A stretch of DNA of 64,000 bases from the human T2T-CHM13v2.0 reference genome, Homo sapiens, in the NCBI GenBank assembly GCA_009914755.4, contig CP068257.2, positions 35,936,001 to 36,000,000 on the forward strand, written 5' to 3'. The notes below the pieces were generated by a model. That model saw nothing but the letters and a program-made list of their open reading frames with translations. It was not told the DNA's origin and ran no database searches. Made by a program: the position numbers and the translations under genes. Below, piece by piece: positions 43,774 through 54,856 of the stretch (its first letter is position 1; each line of letters starts with the position of its first letter).

Positions 43774-44116
43774 TCAAGTGCTATTTCTTTACGGCACCGG
43801 GAAACAAGCATTTTAAACACCTCCTGACTCACTGAAGCCAGTTTTTGTTACTGGGCAAGAAGGAATGGCTGAAGATCCCCCACAACGTGGTGCCTCCTCT
43901 GCCCAGCAGCCTGTGCCTTATGGTGTGAGACGCAGCCCCAAGGACTTTTCCTCAGGAGGAGGCTCATCTTATCCTGGGGCTTGTGGGTTTTGTCCTGGGC
44001 TCAGGAGGGCACTGCACGTTTATAAAATAAAACCTCAGATTTCTTTAATAATAGGGAATTAAAAGGGAGTGGATAAACTTAATGTAAAGACAATTCACAA
44101 ATGTTTTAATCAATAG

Positions 44117-44478
44117 TTGTATTACTCCACCCTCACGCTGCAAATAAAGACGTACCTGAGACTGGGTAATTTATTTTAAAAAAAGAGGTTTAATGGGCTC
44201 ACAGTTCCACGTGGCTGGGGAGGCCTCGCAATCATGGCGGAAGGTGAAGGAGGAGCAAAGTTATATCTTACATAGCAGGCAAGAGAGCATGTGGAGGGGA
44301 GCTTCCCTTTATAAAACCATCAGATCTCATGAGACGTATTCACTATCATGAGAATGATAAGGGAAAAACTACCCCCATAATTCAATTACCTCCCACTGGG
44401 TCCCTCCCACGACACGTGGGGATTATGGGAGTTAAGATTCAAGATGAGATTTGGGTGGGGACACAGCCAAACCATATC
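44117..44478 (-). mobile_element. THE1/MST-family MaLR LTR (antisense)
   Basis: TTGTATTACTCCACCCTCACGCTGCAAATAAAGACGTACCTGAGACTGGGTAATTTATTTTAAAAAAAGAGGTTTAATGGGCTCACAGTTCCACGTGGCTGGGGAGGCCTCGCAATCATGGCGGAAGGTGAAGGAGGAGCAAAG...CCCCCATAATTCAATTACCTCCCACTGGGTCCCTCCCACGACACGTGGGGATTATGGGAGTTAAGATTCAAGATGAGATTTGGGTGGGGACACAGCCAAACCATATCA. Confidence 0.9.
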
Positions 44479-45282
44479 AATAGTTTAATCAAAGCTACTT
44501 ATGGGGAGCTAATTTGAAACTTCCTTCTGTTTCTTTCTTGTTCTGGACGTGTGCGTTACGATGTTATCACCAACTCTCCAGCAGCAGTGGGATGAGCTGG
44601 GAAGTTCATCATCATTTCTATGACTGATTGAGATTTGATTCTGTCTGATTTCATGCCTGCATGGGCACATTTTTCAAACAGTGTGTGGTCGGCCCGTTCC
44701 TCGTATTCATTCATGGCTTCTGTGTGAGGACACCTGTGGTCAGTGTTAAGGGGACAGTGTGCCCAGCAGGGATGATAAAGCTGTGGGCATCTTAGTGAGG
44801 TTCTTGGGGTAGCTCCTCACCCCTTGATCACCCCAAGGGCCACGTGGCTTGCCCCTGAACCTCCCTTCGCGTCCAGCTTCCTGGGCTGGTCAAACACTGA
44901 TTCCAAAGGAACACTCACACGTTGGTCTGCTTGAGGGCTGCAGAATCGTGTGTGGAAGTTTGGCAGCTCCTTGGCAAGCCTGCTCCTTCCCCAGCAAATG
45001 GAAACACCATTCTGAACACCTGGGCATTGTCTCTGATGTCCCTTTTCATCTCCCTACTCTCACACAATCCAGCTGCCTCTCTGCCTTCCACGGATATTAA
45101 GAACGTCCACCATCTCCTGAGTCCAAGCCCTTCTCACTCACCTCTTTCTTGAACTAATTTCTTCCTGTTTTTTTCCAGTCCTCCCTTCTGTTCATGTCTC
45201 TCCTCTGCACACTTCCATTTTGTGGTTCAGAAAATGTCACCGTCCCAGTCACACTTGCCTTATGGCTGTTGTGTCATAAATA

Positions 45283-46310
45283 CAGTTGACACTTGAACAA
45301 CATGGGTTTGAACTGCATGGATTCACTTATACACATATTTTTTCAATACAAATATATTTAAAAATTTTGGAGATTTGCAACAATTTGAAAAAACTTGCAG
45401 ATGAACAGCATAGCATAGAAATATTGAAAAATTAAGAAAAAGGTATGTCATGAATGCATAAAACATATGCAGATACTAGTCTATTTTAACCTTTACTGCC
45501 ATAAAGTATACACAAATCTATTATAAAAGGTTAAAGTTTATCAAAGCTTATGCACACAAACACTTATAGACCATATAGGGAGCCATTCAGTAGAGAGAAA
45601 TGTAAGCGAACGTAAAGGTGTGCTATTTAATCACAACTGCATACACACTGTACCACTGCACTAATTTCAGAGCCACCTCCTGTTGTGATTGTGGTGAGCC
45701 CAAGTGTTGTGAGGATCTGCTTAAAATGCCATGTGATGCTCATCCTGTCTGTGTGAGCAGTTCATTTCTCCAGGAGATCGTGCATCGCAGGAAAAAGTGA
45801 TCTCTCGAGTATCCTGTGTATTTTATGTCGTGTCTGGTGCAATATTGTAAACATTGAATAACATCATGGGACCCATGCGAAGTTCCACTAGTGGTGCTGG
45901 AAGTGCTCCCAAGAAGCAGACAAAAGTCATGACATGCCAAGGAAAAGTTGACTTGCTACAGAACTCGGATTGAGGCCTGCCGCTGTGGTTGCTGCCATTT
46001 CAGACAGATGATCCAGCTTGTAAACAGATGACATAAACTTATGGTATTGATAATAGGGCATAGCACTGTCCATGTACTTTCTCTTCCTTATGATTTTCTT
46101 AACAATGTTTTCTTTTTTTCTAGTTTACTTTACTGTAAGAATACAGTCTGTAATGCATATATGAAATGTGTGTTAACCGTTTATGTTATGGGCTTCCAGT
46201 CAATTATACTACTAATAACTTCCAGGCTATTAGTCAAATTTTTAGGGAGTCAAAACTTATATGTGAATTTTTGACTGTGTAGGGGTCCTGCGTTCTTCAA
46301 GGGTCAACTG
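45283..46310 (+). mobile_element. Tigger2-like internally deleted pogo-family DNA transposon
   Basis: 5' end CAGTTGACACTTGAACAACATGGGTTTGAACTGCATGGATTCACTTATACACATATTTTTTCAATACAAATATATTTAAAAATTTTGGAGATTTGCAACAATTTGAAAAAACTTGCAGATGAACAGCATAGCATAGAAATATTGAAAAATTAAGAAAAAGGTATGTCATGAATGCATAAAACATATG...; 3' end ...GGAGTCAAAACTTATATGTGAATTTTTGACTGTGTAGGGGTCC..GTTCTTCAAGGGTCAACTG; TA at 5' flank. Confidence 0.85.
45866..45973 (+). pseudogene. Tigger transposase N-terminal remnant (pogo/CENP-B-like), truncated by internal deletion
   Basis: ATGGGACCCATGCGAAGTTCCACTAGTGGTGCTGGAAGTGCTCCCAAGAAGCAGACAAAAGTCATGACATGCCAAGGAAAAGTTGACTTGCTACAGAACTCGGATTGA = MGPMRSSTSGAGSAPKKQTKVMTCQGKVDLLQNSD*, cf. Tigger1 MGPKRSASGGAGSASKRRRKVMTLQEKVELLDMY.. 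Confidence 0.75.
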
Positions 46311-46312
46311 TG

Positions 46313-46740
46313 CACCGCACTGGGTGGCTTAAACAACAGAAACGTATTCTCTCATGGTTCTGGAGGCCAGAAGTCTGAAATCAGTACTACTGGGCTGAAA
46401 TCAAAGTGTTAACTGAGCCCCTCTCCCTCTGGAGGCATCGGGGGGAATTCCCTTCCTTGTTTCTTCCAGTTCTGGTGGCCTGTGGTCTTCCTGGGTTGCG
46501 GCCACATCACTCTGATCTCTGCCTCCTTCTCCTCTGTGTGTGTTCTGGATCTGCCTCTCTCTTATAAGCTACATGTGATGGCACTTAGGGCCCACCTGGA
46601 TAACACAGGATAAGCTCCTTCTCTCAAGAATCTCTACCTTATCACTTCTTTTGCCGTATAAGATAACAGTCACAGGTTCTGAAGATTAGGAAGTGAATCT
46701 ACATGCAGGGGCCCCTTGTTTTGCCTGCCACCACCACCCT
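46313..46740 (-). mobile_element. MLT1-type MaLR LTR (antisense)
   Basis: CACCGCACTGGGTGGCTTAAACAACAGAAACGTATTCTCTCATGGTTCTGGAGGCCAGAAGTCTGAAATCAGTACTACTGGGCTGAAATCAAAGTGTTAACTGAGCC...TCTCTTATAAGCTACATGTGATGGCACTTAGGGCCCACCTGGATAACACAGGATAAGCTCC...GATAACAGTCACAGGTTCTGAAGATTAGGAAGTGAATCTACATGC. Confidence 0.75.
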
Positions 46741-49700
46741 ACTTCAAGATGGCACCCTTTCCCCTCCAGCTTCCTTTCTCTGCTTTATTTCCTCTCATAA
46801 CATTGGGAATAAGGAAACAGAAAGCTCCAGGGTTTCTTAGCAGTCAGTCCCTGGAGTTGGTGAATTTTAGGCACTAAAATGCCCAAGAACTGTAATGCAC
46901 CAAGAACTGATGGCCTCTGTATTGGTCGGGGTAAAGAAGCCACTCAATGGATTTCAGGTCTGAAGGGCTTAGTTAGGGAGTTAGGGGCTTGCCTATCTGC
47001 TGGGAGAGCTGGAGGAGAGAAGGTCAGGACTTGTCTCTCCTGAGGCACTGAAATATCTGGGTTTCAGAAAACTGGAGTGACTCCCAGGGTCTCTGGGCAG
47101 TTTGCAACAACTTTCTCCAACTGCAGCAGCAAAGTAGGCGATGTCGAAGAGTTTACCAGATGGCCGTGGAGTCTCATGTGTCTGCTTGCAGCTGTTTTGG
47201 GACAAGAGGGGCTTCTCCTTCTCTCCTCTTTCTAGGCTTCACACAAGTTCCTCTCATGGACAGACTCACCCAGAACCAGACAGGGATGGAGAGTTGGTAA
47301 AGGTAATTCCTGGCTTCCTTGAGATGCAAAGGGGAGTGTAGAAGGTAGTGGCACTGGTGATGCAGGCTGACCTCCCATCTCCAGCCCCACAAACAGTGGG
47401 GAATAATTCGCATGTCCTCACAACACAAGTGTCACCGTGTTTATTTCTCAATACTTCTGCTTATCTTTAAAATGCACTCATCCATTCGTTGGCTAGAATA
47501 GATTGAATGCTTACTCTGGACAAGGCATGGCTTCCACTGAAATGCATGTCTGGCTCATATATTTGCTCTGGGGAATTCTTCCCTAGATCTCCTTTCCCTT
47601 ACTCTCTGCTCTTCCCTCACTTTCTTCTCTTTTCTCCCATTCTTTCATTTTCTTTCCCTTTTTCTTTTCTCCTGATTCAATGGTGAACTTTTGTGAAGTC
47701 CCGTTTAAGTCTTCATTCACTCAATTCATAAACATGCCTTCCCTTTTTTTCTGTATCATTCAAGGATTTTGGATGCAAATAAGAAAGCTTGAACTCTGGT
47801 TGGGAAGTAAACTCTACATTTTGAACTGCATATACTCATTGTCATGTCCTCTGTTGGAAGTGCTATTCCCTTGGGTACCAAGATCTCTAAACAAGCAGAC
47901 CCTATAGGTTGTAGGATAAGATGCAAACATTTTGCAAATGGGTCTTAGATGTAGTCCTGAGATGCCCCATCTCCACTTCCTCTCCTTCTTCCCATTCCCA
48001 TGTCTTCCCGTAATGGGAGAAATAGTCTCATATCACACAGGTCACTGGCTCAGCATGCACACTGTATCCTGTGAGATGGCCCTCAATCTTGCAGGGTGTA
48101 GCCTCCCAGTTGATGGTGTAACTGAGTCTTCAGTAGGCCTCTTCATGAGCCTAGCTGATTGTGAATAATGGGTACATGGTCAGGCTTGTGAATTCCATAG
48201 GCACCTGGTCATTGCCTTAGTTCTTCTGCTGGTGTGATACCAATAATGTGATAAAGTGAATCCTTGTTCAGAAGCAGTGTCATGTCTGATACTGCGACAG
48301 TAAGAAAGGTGACCAGTAGGGCCATGTGCGATGGTGTTGGTATAAGTGAGGGTGTTGGAAAAAGCAAGCCGAAATCAGAGTAAGAGTCTCTTCCAGTGAG
48401 AATGTATTGCTGGGGTGATGGAGTCCCAGTGAAACAACTGGTTGCCAGGTAGCTGCCATATTGGTCTAGAATTGAGTGTTCACACGTGGTTACTGCATTG
48501 GAAAATTAAGTACTCAGTGGTGTAGCAGCTGAGTCAGCCTTGGAGAAGGAGCTGTCTGTATTTTTGAGCTCATGAATAGGATCCATCCTGAAACCATGGT
48601 CCCTTTGTTGCTGGGTTCCCAAGCAAGCACAATGATGGTTGGGGAGGTTGGTGATTGACAGTCATAGGTAGCAGGGCCTTAATACAAATGATCGGGACCC
48701 TTCTCCGCAGTAAAGACTTATTGGTGAGCATTTGCGTGGACCACAGGTATTCGCACACCCAGCGCTCATTCCTAAGGGTCTTCTTTCTGAATTTATTGAC
48801 GCCAATCATCCAACTGTGCTTCTTCCAAGACCCTGGCTGCCCAGTCAAACCAATAGTCACTGCCTATGTTCTGGTCTAGCTATTTCTTCCCCTAGGCAAA
48901 GTAGACAATGAGAGAACCCTTGAAGTTATGTCTACTAAAAATATTTACCTTCTCCACCATCTTTCAGAATCATCTCTGGTTTGTTTTGGGAAATGTTTAA
49001 CAACAGGCTCTCTGGAAAAATAGAAGCTGTAATTTGTAGTATTTGCCAATTTCTGTGGTATAAATATTCCCACAGTCACCAGTCTCAAGCTACTGGCTTG
49101 ACGTCACTGACTGCAGAGTTGGGAAGAGAGGTGCCATTGTCTTCCATTAGATAGCATTTCCACCAGGCATATACAATAGATGTCAGTGACCTCAAGAACA
49201 GAGATAATAGTGAAATACATAAAGCGATGAAGAAGAGATGAATTTTGAGTATTTTTTTTAAATCTTTGTTTTAAAACATAATTTATTTAATTGTAAGTTT
49301 ATATAATTTTGTTTTTAATAGTGGTTGTGTTTAACAACCAGCCTGCAAAATTCCTGGAAGAATTTCGGTTGGCTCTTGTGAACTGGTCCCAGCCGGCTCC
49401 AGCTCAACACTGGCTGTAATGCTGCAGTGTTCGTCCCACTGCTGGCTGGGGCATACGTGGTTGGCAGTGCTACCAGTAAATTGGGCCCCTTTTTTTTCTC
49501 GCCAGGTAACTGGTCATAGAGAACTTCCCATGAGGCCTTAAGAGTGGATTAAGGAATGGGTAGCAGTGAAATGAGACTAAGCATGCCAGGAGTTTGCAAC
49601 CCCTACCTCCACTTATGCAACTTTCTATGGTCTTCAGACCTGCTCAATCCCTGGCCTGTACATGCCATCCCCCCCAGCTGATGCAATGCTGCTGGGGTGC

Positions 49701-51192
49701 CCACTTGATGGCCAGCTGGGAGAGACCCAGCAGGACCTAGTATTAGTGGAGTGACCCTGCTAGGAGGTCACTCACCCCCAGTCAGCTGTTTCCTCCATCA
49801 TTAGCCAGTGTTGTGCCCCTGCCAGCCTTGGCAGGGGTTGATTAACGTTCTTATACCCCCTCTGGCTCTAGCCTACTGACTCTGTCACCGTGTAGCTAAT
49901 GATGGGGTAAATGCTGGTGTTCATTTCTTCCTTTCAATACAAAAGGACCCAGACATTAGATCATCTCACAGTGTTCACTATGTAACCAGCAGTATAACTT
50001 TCCATTCATTGTTATAATTGTGTGATACTAATTGTCATTTGTGATGTAATTTCGGACTAAATATTTAAATCTCTGAGCCTCTGTTTCCTCAGCTAGAAAA
50101 TAGCTACTGATACTACTGATCTTGCAGGACTATAAGGATTAAATAAGATAATGTATAAAGAATGCCCTGCACCTATACATAAAAGTGCCAATGAGTGGTG
50201 GTGTTTGTAGTTGGGGTGGTTGTGCTGTGATACAGTCCACAAAGGGAAGGAGTCATCTGTTCACCTTGAGTCTATAAAAGTGAAAAAACAATGGTTTTTG
50301 AGACTGGCTTGACAAGAAAGAAGTTGGAAATGAGACCTGAAATGTATTGACCATAGCCTCTGGCAAGGCTACTCTGTCCTCACTTTACCCCGCTGTACTA
50401 GTGAAAAGCAATGGTTTGGGGAGCCACATTTCCCATTTTCTTGTCTTTGGGATTTCCTTGATGCTGGAGCACAGGGAGGCAGAGACTGATCTGCTCCAAG
50501 CCTCCTTGGGGGATGGAAGGTGGCCCACATGTCTTCTCTCTGGAGATGATTTCAGGATTTTGAGAGAAAATAAACATGGAGCTGTGATTTAGGAAAACTG
50601 TAAATCAAGCAGCTGTTGGGAAGACCCAAAGTGACATATTTATTTATAAGGGAAGAAAGATCATATTATATGAGCAAACATATAAAAGGATGTGTGTATT
50701 CGTGCTGGCTAAGGACAGCTGCCATAAAATATACACATATATTTTATGTGGGAGACACGTGCTGTTCCGAGTTCCTCCACTGTGCTCTTTGAGTCCCATT
50801 GGGTGTAACATCTGTCCATCCTGAGGGGCCCTGCCTAGGTGGTGAATGTGGAAGCGCTTGCCTTTCTGGGGTACATACTGACCTTAGGTGGTTAAATGTA
50901 TCCTACTGGTTATAAGTACCTGGGTCACAGCCACAAGCAATAATTGGATAAAAGGACTCCTTTAGTTAATGTATACTAATTAATTTCACAGAAATCACCT
51001 GTAAGAGCTGATGTAAGTAGTGCGTTGTGTTTTGTCAAAATATGAGATAATTTGGTAGATTAAACATTTCTACTATAGATGGAAAGCACCCAATAATTCC
51101 CAGCTGGCAAAGAATGAAATTTCAAAGAATGAAATTTTCACAATATAATGCAACTGTGAAAGCAATAATAAAGGTTTCAGTGGCTGCTGTAG

Positions 51193-52086
51193 TCACCTGA
51201 ATGGCAAACTCTGAATATTCCATCCACCCCCTCCCACTCAGCCACCCATCCAGTCACCCATCTACTCATCTATCCATCCATCCATCCCTCCACCCACCCG
51301 CCCAACCATCCATCTACCCATCCACCCATCCATTGACCCATCCACTCATCCACCCATCTACCCATCCACCCATCTACCCATCCACCCATCTACCCATCCA
51401 CACATCTAGCCATCCACACATCTAGCCATCCACCTTCCCACCCATCCACCCATCTATCCATCCACTTATCCACCCATTTACCCATTCACCCATCCACCCA
51501 TCCATCCATGTACCCATCCATCCACCCATCTACCCATCTACCCATCCAACAATCCACCCATCTACCCATCCAACAATCCATCCATCTACCCATCCACCCA
51601 TCAACCTATCCACCCATCTGTCCATCCACTTATTTACCCATCTACCCATGCACCCATCCACACATCCATCCATCCACACATCTACCCATCCACCCATCCA
51701 CACACCCACCTATCCACACATCTACCCATCCATCCACCCATATACCCATCTACCCATTCAACCATCCACCCTTCTACCCATCCACCCATCTACCCTTCCA
51801 CCTATCCACCCATCCACTCATCTACCCTTCTACCCATCCACTCATCTACCCTTCTACCCATCCACTTACCCATTCATCCACTCATCCACCCATCCACCTT
51901 TCTGCCCATCCACCTATGCATTCATCCACCCATCCATATATCCATCCACCCATCTACCTATCCACCCATCCACCCATCCACCCATCCACCCATCCACCCA
52001 TACACCCATCTACCCATCCACCTATCCATCCACCCCTCCACTCAGCCACCCCTTCATCCATCCATCCATCCATCCATCTATCCAAT
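51193..52086. repeat. Compound C-rich minisatellite (CCAT / CCATCCAC / CCACCCATCTA units), ~890 bp
   Basis: Read directly: ...CCATCCACCCCCTCCCACTCAGCCACCCATCCAGTCACCCATCTACTCATCTATCCATCCATCCATCCCTCCACCCACCCGCCCAACCATCCATCTACCCATCCACCCATCCATTGACCCATCC... continuous to CCATCCATCCATCCATCCATCTATCCAATAAATAAG. Confidence 0.95.
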
Positions 52087-53439
52087 AAATAAGTACTGAA
52101 CACCAACTAAGCTCCAAGCATTACAAAAGGTGCTGAGAACAAAGATGAGTGAGACCACCTTTGGCTGACAGAGAGCTTGTCATGTACTGGGGAAGACAGA
52201 CAAGAGGAGTGAACACACAGGGCAGCGTTAGTTTACAGATCTTTGAAGACCCATACTTGGAAGCCTACTGGCTCCCCAGGGGAGTTAGGGAAGGATGTCT
52301 GAGTTCCCTGGATGGCTCTGAATTCACATTCCAGAAAGAAAGGAACAATATTGTCAAAGCCGAAGTGGCCTAAGAGGGTGTGCCCTGTCTAGGGAAAGTA
52401 GACATTTGATAAGGTAGGCTAAAAGGGGAGAGTTTTGGTCTGCAGAGGGGCCCAGGGCCCAGAACCTGCTGGTGCTGAGAGGCTCAGCTGAGGCGTTTGG
52501 ACTGAATGCTGCATAGCAGTGAGCATTAACCTGTGCTCCGGTGGCAAGAGTCTTGGGGCAGTTGGGTTTGAGGGGTAGGGCTCTTAGCCTCCACCCATGC
52601 TGCAACCAAGCTCTCCACTTTGTCTGCGTTAAATATCGAGCTTCTGCTTGAGCTTTCCTTCAGAGCATAGTTTCTTTAATTTGAAAACTACCGGAATAGA
52701 TGAAGAAGTGTCAGTATGGTTTTGACCAGGGAGTCGCTTTAGCCAATCCCTTGGGGGTAATGCAGAGGGTTGCCTCAGTGGCCAGAGAAAAGCAGAGATG
52801 GGGCTCTTCCCTGGATGCATCTCCACAGGGTTGCGTGGGGCTTGATGGGTGCCAAGTGCGACAGACACACAGGGGCTGGGGGACACAGAGGACAGGGTAA
52901 TAATTCCACCAGGCACAACAGTAATATTGGCAGGGGCACATTAGGAAAATCAGGACGAAATACACACGATGTCCCAGGGTTTGTTTCACCAAACACTAGC
53001 TTCTGGGAAAGAATTTATCTTAGGCACATTTTTACATGACTTTTGTTCATGTTACAGTATGAGGCAACTCACGTGTCATTTTAAACCTTGGCTTCCTGCA
53101 CGCCTCGGTAGAGAGGGACAGCTGGCTAAGCCACCAGCCCGAGATTCCCTGGTGGGGAGGAGTTAGAGCCGAGCCGAGGCACTGGAGTTTGGCAAAGCCA
53201 ACCCATGCAAAATGGACCACTGAGAACACGAAAAACTCTCACGGAATGTTTCTTTAGTCCAACATGGAACTTTATCATGAATGATCAAACTCCTTTTATT
53301 AAGACTCTTAGAGCTGTGACAAGGGGCAGGATCAACTGCTCTGCAAGTCCCTAATTCCCTTTCGTTTTTTTCAAGTTCCATGAAGTGCAAGGTACAAACA
53401 GGTATCAAAGGAGTCCCACTTGGGTCAGTAGGTGTGGAA

Positions 53440-53625
53440 AGGAGCGGAGCTGACCCATTGCTGGGATCTGGCCATAGGCAGAACATTGTGGGAGAGATGG
53501 GGAAAGAGACAGGAGGGGGAGAGCGAGAAGGAGGAAAGGGAGCAAGAGAGTTAGGGAGAGAAAGAAAGAGATGGAGAGAGAGGAAGAGTGGGAGGGAAGA
53601 AGAGAGAAGATCACTCCAAACCCAT
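53440..53625. repeat. Polypurine GA-rich tract (GGA/GAGA/GGAAG motifs) on + strand
   Basis: GGGAGAGATGGGGAAAGAGACAGGAGGGGGAGAGCGAGAAGGAGGAAAGGGAGCAAGAGAGTTAGGGAGAGAAAGAAAGAGATGGAGAGAGAGGAAGAGTGGGAGGGAAGAAGAGAGAAG. Confidence 0.9.
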
Positions 53626-54734
53626 GGTACTATCCTTGGGTTATGCCTGATATGCCTGACATCTTGAGTGGCCCTGGGGCAGGGTGTTGCGCTTTGAAAC
53701 AATTCATGCTCTCACTTGTAGAAAAGGCCGACTTCTTTGGACACAGACACACATAAAAAAGAAACCAAGGCCATATCAAATTTTTCTTTTATTGTTCCAG
53801 TCAAAAAAAGAGGAACACCTCAATATGTAAACAGTTTCCCTAACACAGCGAGTTCTTAAAGATATATATATATATATATATTTTTTTTTTATTTTAAAAA
53901 AATTTGGCATTGTAGTGATTTCTCAATACATAATTTGTGCTTTCGCATTGAGCATGCTTTCGTCTCATTGTCCGTGCACAGACATACTTGGAGTTGAGTA
54001 AAGGGAGTTACAAAAGGACCAAAAAATGGGACAGGAGCCAAACCAGTACTTGAGCCCTACCTGGTGTTCCTTCCTAAAAAGCATGGTGGAAAAGTTGGCA
54101 AGATTGACCTCAGAAGCAAATCTTAGTGACTTTATTCCAAAGAAATCTTAGAAGCCTTGGTAGCAACTTTTGAAAGAAGCATTTCTTGTTTTCTTTCTGT
54201 TCATCCCTAAAGGATCATTGGTTTTGCTTGGAGAAAACTTTAGTTATTTTGTATGTTATATTTCTTAATATCCCTAAGTCCCTTCTAAAATAAACTCTTG
54301 TTTTGTGATTTTGCTGGACACATGATGGTTTACAACTACATGCTATTGAAATTCCACTAGTGATTTATTCTGCTTTTTGCTGAATCATTTCAAAGTGCTT
54401 GACAGTTGTGTAAAGACCTTTTGGTTTTGTCCAGTGAAAATTATTTTTTAATTCAATACTAAAGACTTCAGAGCCTTTAAGATGCAATGATGGGTTTATC
54501 AATAATACTGTTCATGCTATTCGTTTCTTAGTCCTTGTCCTTAGCCTGAAATTCTAAGTCTCTATAAATTAGCACCAGTTTTCCAAATGCATATTTTATC
54601 AAATCCTATGATCCTAGGCTGGTCTAGGTACCATCCCCCAATCTTACCTTGTGTGTTTCTGTTTTAAGACCCTCTCCCATGCTGGCCTTGCAAACTGAAA
54701 TGCCTTTGCTTTTGGATCTCTCTCTCTCTTTTTA

Positions 54735-54856
54735 AAATAGAGATGGGGTCTTGCTGTGTTGCACAGGCTAATCTTGAATTCCTGGGCTCAAGCAATCCTC
54801 CCACCTTGGCCTCTCAAAGTGCTGGAATTACAGGCATGAACCATTGTGCTTGCCTG
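54735..54856 (-). mobile_element. Alu left-arm fragment / FLAM-like (antisense)
   Basis: AAATAGAGATGGGGTCTTGCTGTGTTGCACAGGCTAATCTTGAATTCCTGGGCTCAAGCAATCCTCCCACCTTGGCCTCTCAAAGTGCTGGAATTACAGGCATGAACCATTGTGCTTGCC. Confidence 0.8.

Noticed and set aside
51193-52086. Regular short repeats that superficially resemble a CRISPR array; more broadly, the hinted undescribed system that could be a prokaryotic defence locus
   Set aside because: The sequence is unambiguously primate: Alu, L1, HERV-H, MaLR and a CpG island. The repeats are a eukaryotic minisatellite with no unique spacers, no leader and no cas genes. Prokaryotic operon logic does not apply.
51201-52092. 194-aa and 146-aa ORFs rich in HPSTHP/IHPS repeats
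   Set aside because: They lie entirely within the CCAT-type minisatellite; this is periodic translation of a tandem repeat.
53163-53702. 179-aa minus-strand ORF
   Set aside because: It is driven by the polypurine/polypyrimidine GA-rich tract (LSLSL..PPSRSPPP low complexity) and is not a credible protein.
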